NCBI GenBank assembly: GCA_963764715.1
Contig: CAVXTP010000021.1
Span: forward strand, 288,001-352,000
From: an uncultured Acidobacteriota bacterium
GTDB lineage: Bacteria; Acidobacteriota; Thermoanaerobaculia; UBA5066; Gp7-AA6
Reading direction: 5' to 3'
Length of the DNA stretch: 64,000 nt
The first letter of the stretch is position 1; each line of letters starts with the position of its first letter. Below the pieces are notes generated by a model. That model was not told the origin of the DNA. It was given only the letters and a program-made list of their open reading frames with translations, and did no database searches. The position numbers were made by a program, and so were the translations under genes. Below, in pieces: positions 49,947-58,717 of the stretch.

Positions 49947-52013
49947 CTATTGAAGGCCGAAGGTTTTGATGATGAACACGGCCATCTGTCCGCGGGTCGA
50001 GGAATTGTCCGGGCAGTAGAGGGGAGGCGCGACGTTGCATCCGCCGGTGATCTGCTCGGCGGCGAGCTGCTCGATGAAATCGACGGCCGGCGCGCCCGGA
50101 CAGGCGACGTCGTCGAAGACGCCCGTGCAGGCCGGGGGCACGTAGCTCGATCCGTGCTTGGTCTTCAGAAGGAAAACGGCCATCTGCCGCCGGGTGACGA
50201 GGTTGTTCGGGCAGAAGTTGCCTCCGCCGCAACCGGTAGTGATGCCCTGGGCGGCGAGCGCCTCGATCCAGTCGGCGAACGTGGAGGGGCAGGGGACGTC
50301 GGGGAAGGCGCTCGCGCAAGGGGGCGGGACGTAGCAGAGGCCGTGCTCGGCCTTCAGCAGGAAGACCGCCATCTGCTGCCGCTTGGTGCCCTGGTCGACG
50401 CCGAAGTTGCCGCCGCCCACGCCCACCGTGATGGCGTTGGAGACGAGGGTCGTGATGAAGGAGTAGAAAGGATGAACGCCCGGGACGTCCAGGAAGTCAG
50501 AGACGAATCCCTTCGCTAGCGTCGAGGCACTGCCGTCGAGGTTGGTCACGGCGATGTCGTTGACGGTTCCGGCGGCCAGGGGCGGCGCGGTTACCGAAAG
50601 CTGCGTGAAGGACGTGACGTCGATGCCGGTCGCGGGAACGCCGCCCACGGTGACCGTGGCGCCGTCGAGGAAGTCGGTGCCCGTGAGTGAGAGAAGGGTG
50701 CCGCCGGCGGGTGGTCCCGAGGAAACGCTCGTCCGGAACGGCATTCGCTGCGAGAACTCGGATGTCGCCCCCGTCGGGCCGGTTGCCGTGGATGTGATCC
50801 GGGCACCGGCGGCTACGGATACCGGCAGGGTGACGTCGAAGACCCCCGTGCCCGAGCCATCCGTCGTGACCTGACCCGAGCCGATGTAGCTCTGGCCTTC
50901 GAGGAACTCGCGAGGGAACGAGGTGCAGGCGAGGTTCTCGTAGAAGTCGAGGTCGAAGGTCGTGGAGGGCTGGGAGTGGAGCACTCCTTGGATTCGCGTG
51001 GAGGCGCCCGCGACGAGCTGGGAGGTCACCGAGGAGACGATGGGGAAGTTCTGCTGCCCGTTCGCTCCGCCGTCGCCGTCGCCCGCGTCGTTCGGCATCG
51101 GCAGGCTCAGGTCGGACTGACCGCTCAGGCGGATGCCCAACGCGCCGTTGTCGAAGATGGAGTTTCCGCGGATCGTGAGCGTCTGCGAGTCGCCGCTCGC
51201 GCCGATGCCGATGCTGGAATTGCCCGAGATGATGTTGCCTTCTTCGGGCGTGAGGCCGCCGATCGTCGACGTCGTCGGCCCGAGCCCCGAGAACGAAATG
51301 CCGAACTGCACGTTCGGGATCGCTCCGGCGGCGTTCTTGTCGAGACCTATGATGTTCCCCTGGATGACGGAGGTCGAGCCTCCGTTGAAGTTGCTCGTCA
51401 CGCTGATCCCGACGTTGGAGTTGCCGGAGATCAGGTTGCGATCCGCCGCGTTCGTTCCTCCGATCGTGGCGCCGACGGTTCCGCCCTGGGGGAACGCGAT
51501 GTCGACTCCGATCGCATTGGGCGACGCGGAGAGTCCGGTCGGGTCCGTGCCGATGAAGTTGCCGGCGACGACGATGCCCGTGGGGCTCGCCGAGATGGGG
51601 TTGAAGAGCTGGATGGCATCGCTGCACCGGTTGACGACGAGACCCCGCACCGTCGCGTCGCTGGCGCCGATCGTGAGGCATCGGTTCGGCGCCGAGGTGC
51701 CGTCGATCTCGATCTGCAGCACCGTGTTGAGCGCCCCGGTCGCGTTGGTGTTCGGGGCGCTGCCGGGCTGGGTGTAGCCGTCGATCGTCACCGGGTTCGA
51801 GATGATCGGCAACAGCGAGAGGGGCGTGATGGTGTGGACCCCCGCGCCCGGGATGTTGAAGGCGATGGTGTCGGGTCCGGGGCTGGCCTCGGCGTCGAGG
51901 ATCGCCTGGCGCAGCGATCCCGCGCCGGCATCGTTCGTGTTCGTCACCGTGAAGGTCGCGGCGAGGAGAGGCCGGGCGAGACCGCAGAGAAGGATGGTTG
52001 TGAAGCGCTTCAT
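49947..52013 (-). CDS. Secreted beta-helix + IPT/TIG + SLH-like surface protein (paralog 5)
   Basis: Same architecture; AGGAG RBS. Confidence 0.85.
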   Translation of the reverse strand: MKRFTTILLCGLARPLLAATFTVTNTNDAGAGSLRQAILDAEASPGPDTIAFNIPGAGVHTITPLSLLPIISNPVTIDGYTQPGSAPNTNATGALNTVLQIEIDGTSAPNRCLTIGASDATVRGLVVNRCSDAIQLFNPISASPTGIVVAGNFIGTDPTGLSASPNAIGVDIAFPQGGTVGATIGGTNAADRNLISGNSNVGISVTSNFNGGSTSVIQGNIIGLDKNAAGAIPNVQFGISFSGLGPTTSTIGGLTPEEGNIISGNSSIGIGASGDSQTLTIRGNSIFDNGALGIRLSGQSDLSLPMPNDAGDGDGGANGQQNFPIVSSVTSQLVAGASTRIQGVLHSQPSTTFDLDFYENLACTSFPREFLEGQSYIGSGQVTTDGSGTGVFDVTLPVSVAAGARITSTATGPTGATSEFSQRMPFRTSVSSGPPAGGTLLSLTGTDFLDGATVTVGGVPATGIDVTSFTQLSVTAPPLAAGTVNDIAVTNLDGSASTLAKGFVSDFLDVPGVHPFYSFITTLVSNAITVGVGGGNFGVDQGTKRQQMAVFLLKAEHGLCYVPPPCASAFPDVPCPSTFADWIEALAAQGITTGCGGGNFCPNNLVTRRQMAVFLLKTKHGSSYVPPACTGVFDDVACPGAPAVDFIEQLAAEQITGGCNVAPPLYCPDNSSTRGQMAVFIIKTFGLQ

Positions 52014-52035
52014 GTTTGTCTCCTACGACAAGCCG

Positions 52036-53799
52036 TCATGGCGGTCCGGCGCAGCCGGCCGTGATGTGCTCCGCGTAGAGCTGCTCGATCCAGGCGGCGA
52101 AAAGGGAAGGGCAGGTCACGTCGGCGAACTGGGGCTGGCAGGTCGGCGGAACGTAGCTTCCGCCGTGCTCGGTCTTCAGCAGGAAGACGGCCATCTGGGC
52201 GCGCGTGACGGGCGCGCCGGGGCAGAAGAGGCCCCCCCCACAGCCTCCGGTGATCCCCTCGGCCGCGAGCTGCTCGATCCAGTCGGCGAAGAGCGACGGA
52301 CACGGCACGTCGGGAAAGGTCCCGGTGCAGAAGGGGGGCGTGAACGCGGCGCCGTGCTCGGTCTTGAGGAGGAAGACCGCCATCTGCGCGCGCGAGATCG
52401 CGGAGAGCGGGCAGTAGTTGCCGCCGCCGCAACCGGCCGTGACGCCCTCGGCCGCGAGCTGTTCGATCCAGTCGGCGAACAGGCCGGGGCAGGCGACGTC
52501 CGAGAACTGGCCCGCGCAGGCCGGCGGAACGAACGCCGCGCCGTGAGCGATCTTCAGCAGGAAGACGGCCATCTGGTCGCGCCGTACCAGATTCTGGGGA
52601 CAGTAGAGGCGCGCCAGCCCCGGCAGCGTCAGACGGTAGATGGTGCCGTCGCCGTTGGCGCCGCCCGAGGCGGTGACGCCGTAGAACCGACCATCCGGGC
52701 TCTCAGTCAGCCCGGAAGAGGGGAAGCTTCCGGTGGGCTCGTCGAAATCATGCAGTTTCGTGTAGACCCCGTTGAGACTCAGCTGGTAGCTGGTCCCGCC
52801 GCCGTGGTCGCCGCCGAGCACGTTCACCCCGTACAGCAGCCCGTCGCTCCCCTGCATCGGCTGGCCGGGGCCGACGCCGTCATCGCCGGAGACGTCGAGG
52901 GAATGGATCGGCTGGAAGCTGCCACCGGTGGTCAGTCGAAAGACGGCGCCGCTGCCGGGCCCGCTGCACGCCCCCACCAGATCGCCGTCGACCGGAATGA
53001 GGCCGTCGATCGCGTCGTAACAGGAAGCCGGGTCGAAATCGTAGATCGTCGTGAGGTTCCCGTTCTGTGTGATCTGGAAGACCGTGCCGACGCCGTTCTG
53101 GCCGCCGCGCGAGGTGATGCCGTAGATGTTCCCGTTGTCGGCGAGGGCGAGTGAGCCTTTCGGCTGATTGCCCTCGTCGAGCGCGAACGCGTGCATCGTC
53201 GAGAAGCCGCCGTCGAAGCGGAGGCGAAAGACGGTCCCGCAGGAATCGTCCTCGGTGCAGGCGGGATCGCCTCCGACGATCGTCGTCCCCCAGAGGTCTC
53301 CCGGCTGGGGCTCGATCAGCCCCGCGGTCAGGCCGAATCCATCCGCGGTCTGGAAACGGTGGACGATCGCGAAGTTTCCATCCGTGTCGATCCGGTAAAC
53401 CGTTCCGCAAAGGGAGACGCAAAGCGTCGTCGAGCTGCCGTCGCCGGGTGTGATTCCGTAGAAGTTTCCGTCGCTCGCCAGCAGCAGGTCTCCCGCGGGG
53501 TTCTGGCCGTCGTCTCCTCCGGCGAACTCGTGGACCATCGTGACGGTTCCGAACCCGTCCATCCGAAAGACCGTGCCGCAGCCGCCGGTGCAGTTCGCGC
53601 TGCCGCCGAGCACGGTGACGCCGTAAAAGTTTCCGTCCGGCCCCAGGACGAGCCGCCCGTACGGTACCCTCGGATCGGCCGGCGCGGGCCCGAGGTCGTT
53701 GATGACGTCGTACGTCTGGGCGGGGAGGGCGAGCGGGCCCGTCGAGGCGAGAGCGATCGCCAGAAATCGGATCGGGAGAGACGAACGTCTTCTGGTCAT
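52036..53799 (-). CDS. Secreted GloVer-repeat (TIGR03803-like beta-propeller) protein with SLH-like repeats (paralog 4)
   Basis: Repeats of DGNFYG.T..GG....CGTVFR...G......H.F...DG..P...L, followed by Cys-rich SLH-like repeats; no IPT domain. Confidence 0.8.
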   Translation of the reverse strand: MTRRRSSLPIRFLAIALASTGPLALPAQTYDVINDLGPAPADPRVPYGRLVLGPDGNFYGVTVLGGSANCTGGCGTVFRMDGFGTVTMVHEFAGGDDGQNPAGDLLLASDGNFYGITPGDGSSTTLCVSLCGTVYRIDTDGNFAIVHRFQTADGFGLTAGLIEPQPGDLWGTTIVGGDPACTEDDSCGTVFRLRFDGGFSTMHAFALDEGNQPKGSLALADNGNIYGITSRGGQNGVGTVFQITQNGNLTTIYDFDPASCYDAIDGLIPVDGDLVGACSGPGSGAVFRLTTGGSFQPIHSLDVSGDDGVGPGQPMQGSDGLLYGVNVLGGDHGGGTSYQLSLNGVYTKLHDFDEPTGSFPSSGLTESPDGRFYGVTASGGANGDGTIYRLTLPGLARLYCPQNLVRRDQMAVFLLKIAHGAAFVPPACAGQFSDVACPGLFADWIEQLAAEGVTAGCGGGNYCPLSAISRAQMAVFLLKTEHGAAFTPPFCTGTFPDVPCPSLFADWIEQLAAEGITGGCGGGLFCPGAPVTRAQMAVFLLKTEHGGSYVPPTCQPQFADVTCPSLFAAWIEQLYAEHITAGCAGPP

Positions 53800-53807
53800 G
53801 CGGCGTC

Positions 53808-53858
53808 CTACTGAAGGGTGAAGGTCTTGACGATCAACACGGCCATCTGTCCGCGGGT
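53808..53858 (-). pseudogene. Orphan duplicate of the SLH gene 3' end (TRGQMAVLIVKTFTLQ*)
   Basis: Begins 6 nt after the TGA of the gene ending at 53865, in the same frame. Confidence 0.85.
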
Positions 53859-53864
53859 GCCGGG

Positions 53865-56288
53865 TCATGGCAGAAGTCCGAAGGTCTTGACGATGAACGT
53901 CGCCATCTGTCCGCGCGTGATCGGGTTGCCGGGGCAGTAGAGAGGCGGAGAGACGCTGCAGCCGGCGGTGATGCCGCGGGCGACGAGGTCCTCGATCCAG
54001 TCGTCGGCGAAGGCGCCCTGGGGCACGTCGTCGAAGACCGTTCCGGTGGCGGGCGGAGGAACGTAGCCGGGCCCGTAGGCCGTGTTGAGGAGGAAGACGG
54101 CCATCTGGGCGCGCGTGACGGAAGCGGCCGGGCAGTAATTCCCGCTGCCGCACCCGGCGGTCAGGCCCTGCCGCTGGAGCTCCTCGATCCACGGGGCGTA
54201 GATGTTCGAGGCCGGCACGTCGGGAAAGACGGTGCCGGTCGCCGGCGGCGGGGTGAAGCAGAACCCGAGGCGGGCCTTGATGAGAAATACGGCCATCTGG
54301 CCGCGGGTCGTCGGGTTGTCGACGCAGTAGAAGCCGCCGCCGCAGCCGACCGTCACGCCGTTGGAGACGAGCCGCGTGACGAAGTCGTGGAACTGGTGCG
54401 CCGCCGGGACGTCCAGGAAGTCCGCCACCCAGCCCTTCAGGAGCGTGCCCGCCGTCGTGTCCGGGTTGGTGACGACGACGTCGTTGAGCGAGCCCGGCGG
54501 CAGAGCCGGGGCGTCGGCCGTGATCTTCGTGCCGCTCACGCGGACGACGTTGGAGGGCGCAACTCCGGCGATCGCGACGGAGACGGCCGGATCGAAGTTC
54601 GTGCCGGAGATCGAGACCGGCGTGCCGCCGGCGGCCGGGCCCGAGGCCGGCGTGATGGCGAAGACGATCTGCTGCGAGAACTCGGAAGTGTTCCCGTCGC
54701 CGTCGGTCGCCGTCGCCGAGACGGGGGACCCGGCGGGAATCGTGACCGAAAAGGTCGACGCCAGGTCGGCGAATCCGCTTGCATCCGTCACGTAGAGGGC
54801 CGACGCGAAGTAGTGCTCGCCCTGGAGGAAGTCGCGCGGCCGGAAGTTGCAGGCGTTCCAGTAGAAGTCGACGGTGACGGCCGTGTCGGGCGCGCCGCGG
54901 TACGCGCCCTCGATGTGCGTCGTGCCGGCGCCGGGCGTGACGGATCGGATGAGCGGAAAGTTCAGCAGGCCGTTCGAGCCCGTGTCGACGTCGCCGTCGT
55001 CGTTGGGCGTGACGCTGTCGTGATCGAGATCGATCCCCGTGGCCGGATACCCGGTCCCCGTGGTTTCCCGGTTGCGGAAGATGCTGTTGCGTCGAATCGA
55101 CGTCCGGAACGTGTTGGCCATCGCCACGCCGCTCGACCCGTTGTAGGCGATGACGTTCCCCACCCCGAGGCCGGTCCCTCCGATCTGGTTGTCCATGGGG
55201 AACGTGAATGCCCACCCGCTGTTGATGCCGCTCGCATAGTTTCCGAGCGCCGCCGTGCCGTTGACGTCCGTGCCGATCCGATTCCCCTGGATCGTGTTGT
55301 CGCTTCCTCCCCAGAGCTGAATCCCGTGGAGTCCGTTGGCGGAGATGACGTTGCCCTCGCCCGCCCCGCCACCGCCGACGAGGTTGCCGTTGGAGCCGAG
55401 GTAGATGCCGGACCCGCTGTTCGGAAGCGCGTCGGTTCCGGTGACGTCGGTTCCGATGAAGTTCCCCTGGATGGTCCACCCGTCGGCGAGATACAGGTTG
55501 AGTCCGGAGCCGTCGTTGCCGGACACGACGTTCCGAGAGCCGGGCGCCGCGCCGCCGATCACGCCCGATCCGGAAGTGACCACTCTGATTCCGTCCGATC
55601 CGTTGCCGACCGGTGCCGTCGCGCCCCGGTTCGTTCCGACGAAGTTGCCGACGATGACGTTGCCGCTTCCGCCGTCCACGGCGACCCCGTCGTTCGTGTT
55701 TCCCGAGATGAGATTGCGGGCGCCGGGAGTCGTTCCGCCGATGCGGTTGTTCTCGGAGCTGACGCGGATGCCGGTGTCGTTGGCGAGGGCCGACGTGCCG
55801 GCGGCGTTCGTGCCGATGAAGTTGCCCTCGACGACGTGTCCGCCGGTCCCGCCTGCGTAAACCCCGGCGCCGTAGACCCCGGCGCCGACACGGTTGATGA
55901 CGAGGCCGCGAATCGTGCTCCCGGAGCCCTGGAGCTCGAGGCCGTTGAAGCCGGCTGCGAGATTCGTGGCGTCGATCTCGATGAGGAGCACCGCGTCGTT
56001 GCCATCGGCCAGCGTGTTGGGTGAGGCGCCCGGCTGCGAGTAGCCGTCGATCGTGACGAACTCCGTGATCGCCGGCAGCGGCGTCAGCGGCGTGATCGTG
56101 TGGACCCCGGCGCCGGGGATGTTGAACACGATGAGGTCCTGTCCGGACAGGGCGTTCGCGTCGAGGATCGCCTGGCGCAAAGATCCCGCGCCGGAGTCGC
56201 TCGTGTTGACGACGGTGAAGGTGACTCCACCGGCCAGCAGCGGTCCGGCGGCCGCCAGAAGCAACGCGCCGGCGGCAAGACGCATCAT
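53865..56288 (-). CDS. Secreted beta-helix + IPT/TIG + SLH-like surface protein (paralog 3)
   Basis: Same architecture with a distinct SLH subtype ([11 protein letters not shown]). Alternative start at 56378 overlaps the orphan-tail stop. Confidence 0.85.
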   Translation of the reverse strand: MMRLAAGALLLAAAGPLLAGGVTFTVVNTSDSGAGSLRQAILDANALSGQDLIVFNIPGAGVHTITPLTPLPAITEFVTIDGYSQPGASPNTLADGNDAVLLIEIDATNLAAGFNGLELQGSGSTIRGLVINRVGAGVYGAGVYAGGTGGHVVEGNFIGTNAAGTSALANDTGIRVSSENNRIGGTTPGARNLISGNTNDGVAVDGGSGNVIVGNFVGTNRGATAPVGNGSDGIRVVTSGSGVIGGAAPGSRNVVSGNDGSGLNLYLADGWTIQGNFIGTDVTGTDALPNSGSGIYLGSNGNLVGGGGAGEGNVISANGLHGIQLWGGSDNTIQGNRIGTDVNGTAALGNYASGINSGWAFTFPMDNQIGGTGLGVGNVIAYNGSSGVAMANTFRTSIRRNSIFRNRETTGTGYPATGIDLDHDSVTPNDDGDVDTGSNGLLNFPLIRSVTPGAGTTHIEGAYRGAPDTAVTVDFYWNACNFRPRDFLQGEHYFASALYVTDASGFADLASTFSVTIPAGSPVSATATDGDGNTSEFSQQIVFAITPASGPAAGGTPVSISGTNFDPAVSVAIAGVAPSNVVRVSGTKITADAPALPPGSLNDVVVTNPDTTAGTLLKGWVADFLDVPAAHQFHDFVTRLVSNGVTVGCGGGFYCVDNPTTRGQMAVFLIKARLGFCFTPPPATGTVFPDVPASNIYAPWIEELQRQGLTAGCGSGNYCPAASVTRAQMAVFLLNTAYGPGYVPPPATGTVFDDVPQGAFADDWIEDLVARGITAGCSVSPPLYCPGNPITRGQMATFIVKTFGLLP

Positions 56289-56374
56289 CCTGTCGCGCCA
56301 CGGAGAAAAAGCGCCGGGGCGGCTGAGTGCCTGGCCACCCCGGCTTAACGCGACGGCCTTCGGAGGACGACTCG

Positions 56375-56401
56375 TCATTGCAGGTTGAAGGTCTTGACGA
56401 T
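56375..56401 (-). pseudogene. Orphan duplicate of the SLH gene 3' end (IVKTFNLQ*)
   Basis: ATCGTCAAGACCTTCAACCTGCAATGA; differs from the adjacent gene end (IVKTFSLQ). Confidence 0.85.
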
Positions 56402-56465
56402 GACCCGACCACCGGAGGCAGACCCCCGGCAGTAGGGAACGCCGTGCGAAGCACGGCGGTAACTG
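56402..56465 (-). repeat. Two-hairpin element copy 3
   Basis: Differs from copy 2 internally by one base (a G-T pair becomes G-C in hairpin B). Confidence 0.9.
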
Positions 56466-56508
56466 TCCGCTGAGCCTTGACCGACGGGACGTCGTGTCAT
56501 CACTGCTG

Positions 56509-58710
56509 TCACTGAAGTGAGAAGGTCTTCACAATAAACACGGCCATCTGTCCGCGGGTGCTCGAGTTGTCGGGGCAGTAGAGGGGCGGCATGGCCTGAC
56601 ATCCGCCGGTGATCTGCTCGGCGGCGAGGCGCTCGATGAAGTCGACGGCGGGCGCGCCCGGGCAGGCGACGTCCTCGAACACGCCGGCGCAGGCGGGCGG
56701 GACGTAGCTCGAGCCGTACTTGGTCTTGAGGAGGAAGACCGCCATCTGTCGTCGGGTAACGAGGTTGTTGGGGCAGAAGTTGCCTCCGCCGCAGCCGGTG
56801 GTGATGCCCTGGGCGGCAAGCTCCTCGATCCAGTCGGCGAAGGTCGAGGGGCAGGCGACGTCGGGGAAGGTGCCGGAGCAGGGGGGCGGGACGAAGCAGA
56901 GACCGTTCTTTCCCTTCAGCAGGAAGACCGCCATCTGCTGGCGCTTGGTGCCCTGGTCGACGCCGTAGAGGCCGCCCCCGACGCCGACCGTGATCCCGTT
57001 GGAAACGAGGGTCGTGACGAAGTTGTAGAAGATGTGCGCGCCGGGAACGTCGAGAAAGTCGGAGACCCAGCCGTTGACGAGAGTGCCGACCGTGCCGTCC
57101 GGCGTCGTCGCGACGACGTTGTGGACCGTGCCCGGAGCCTGCGCCGGGGACGAAACCGAGAGCTGATGATCGTTGAGGAAGGTCACGGTCGCCGCGGCGC
57201 TGCCGAAGGTCAGCGTCGTCGGGTCGGCGAAGTCGGTGCCGTGGACCTCGATCGGCATTCCGCCCGTCGAAGGACCGGAGGCCGGGAAGATCGAAAAGAG
57301 GATCCGCTGCGAATATTCGGAGGTGTTGCCATTCGGGTCGGTTGCGGTGATCGAGATGCGCGCGCCGGCCTCGGTCTCGACCGGCAGAGTGACGTCGATC
57401 GCGAAGTCTCCGTTGGAGTCGGTCGTCGCCTGGGAGGAGCCGAGATAGACCTCGCCTTCGACGAACTCGCGCGGGAAGTCGGCGCAGGCCGGATTGGAGT
57501 GGAAATCGAGCGTGAACGTGGTCGACGGAGTGCTGTTGAACTTGGCCACGATCCTCGTGCTGCCCGCACCCTGGGGGCCGAGGTGCTCGACCTGCCGGAT
57601 GATCGGGAAGTTCTGCGAATGGTTCGCTCCGTCGTCGGCGTCCTGCGGGTCGTTGAAGTGGGGTTCTCCGCCGCCCAGACCGATGCCGAGCCCGCCATTG
57701 TCGTGGATCGAGTTGCCCCGGATCGGGTCGTCGAAGCCTCCGGCCTCGATGCGGACCCCGTCGGCGCTGTTGTAGGCAATCTCGTTGGCCTCGCCCGGGC
57801 CGACTCCGCCGATGATGTTGTCGTTCCCGCCCGTCGTCGTCTGGATGCCGAAGCCGTTCCCGAGCGGGCCCGTCCCCGCGGCGTTCACTCCAATCCGGTT
57901 GCTGCGCACGACGTTCAAACCGCCGGCCTGGGAGAGAACGACGCCGATCCCGTTGCCCGAGATGACGTTGCCTTCGCCGGCGCCGGAGCCGCCGATCGTC
58001 GTGCCCGTTCCGCTGAAGTTCGCGCAGAAGATCCCGCTCTGCGTGTTGCCCATCGGGAGCATGCCCGTCGCGTCGGTGCCGATGAGATTGCCCCGGATCA
58101 GGGTGCCGTGCTCCTGCACGTAGACGCCGTGAGAATTCCCGGAGATCAGGTTCCTTTCGGCCGGGGTCGCCCCGCCGATGATCGTGCCGCTCGCGGCCGG
58201 GCTGATGGCGGTGCCGTTCCCCAGCGCGTTGGCGCCGCTCGGATCGGTCCCGAGGAAATTGCCGGTGATCATCGTCCCGACGGGAGCGCCGGCAGCCTGG
58301 ATCGCGAGCGTGCCCCATCGGTTCATGACGAGTCCGCGGACCGTCGGCGGGCCCACGCTGGTGAAATTGAACCCGATTCCTCCCGCGGCCATCGCGCTGC
58401 CGTCGAGCTCGATGAGCAGCACGGCGTTCGTGCCGACGGGGTCGGTGTTTACGCTCGCGCCCGGCTGGGTGTAGCCGTCGATGACGACCGCTTCCAGGAT
58501 GGTGTCGAAATTCGTCGCGGGCGAGATCGTGTGGACCCCGGCCCCTGGGATGTTGAACGCGATCGTGTCGGGTCCGACAGTCGCATTCGCGTCGAGGATC
58601 GCCTGGCGCAGCGACCCCGCGCCCGAGTCGTTCGTGTTCGTCACCGTGAAGGTGGCGGCCGCCAACGGGCCAGCGAGAACATGGAGAACGATCCCGACGA
58701 GCGTTTTCAT
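56509..58710 (-). CDS. Secreted beta-helix + IPT/TIG + SLH-like surface protein (paralog 2)
   Basis: Same architecture; RBS overlaps the upstream TAG (TAGGAG). Confidence 0.85.
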   Translation of the reverse strand: MKTLVGIVLHVLAGPLAAATFTVTNTNDSGAGSLRQAILDANATVGPDTIAFNIPGAGVHTISPATNFDTILEAVVIDGYTQPGASVNTDPVGTNAVLLIELDGSAMAAGGIGFNFTSVGPPTVRGLVMNRWGTLAIQAAGAPVGTMITGNFLGTDPSGANALGNGTAISPAASGTIIGGATPAERNLISGNSHGVYVQEHGTLIRGNLIGTDATGMLPMGNTQSGIFCANFSGTGTTIGGSGAGEGNVISGNGIGVVLSQAGGLNVVRSNRIGVNAAGTGPLGNGFGIQTTTGGNDNIIGGVGPGEANEIAYNSADGVRIEAGGFDDPIRGNSIHDNGGLGIGLGGGEPHFNDPQDADDGANHSQNFPIIRQVEHLGPQGAGSTRIVAKFNSTPSTTFTLDFHSNPACADFPREFVEGEVYLGSSQATTDSNGDFAIDVTLPVETEAGARISITATDPNGNTSEYSQRILFSIFPASGPSTGGMPIEVHGTDFADPTTLTFGSAAATVTFLNDHQLSVSSPAQAPGTVHNVVATTPDGTVGTLVNGWVSDFLDVPGAHIFYNFVTTLVSNGITVGVGGGLYGVDQGTKRQQMAVFLLKGKNGLCFVPPPCSGTFPDVACPSTFADWIEELAAQGITTGCGGGNFCPNNLVTRRQMAVFLLKTKYGSSYVPPACAGVFEDVACPGAPAVDFIERLAAEQITGGCQAMPPLYCPDNSSTRGQMAVFIVKTFSLQ

Positions 58711-58717
58711 TGGTCTC

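Noticed and set aside
52010-52039. Nine-codon ORF MTACRRRQT linking two genes by ATGA overlaps at both ends
   Set aside because: Too short to distinguish from chance, and the downstream gene has its own AGGAG RBS.
40076-53867. Selenocysteine or programmed UGA readthrough into the in-frame tails at 40076 and 53808
   Set aside because: No SECIS-like hairpin is evident, the 40076 remnant is degenerate, and two in-frame cases can arise by chance.
30154-56465. CRISPR array or integron attC sites
   Set aside because: The copies are 12-14 kb apart without regular spacers. There are no RYYYAAC/GTTRRRY paired cores and no cas or intI gene, and most genes in the array lack the element.
30127-56512. 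Diversity-generating retroelement (orphan tails as template repeats, hairpins as DGR cruciforms)
   Set aside because: There is no RT or Avd gene in the window. The tails copy the conserved anchor rather than a variable region, and the mismatches are not adenine-specific.
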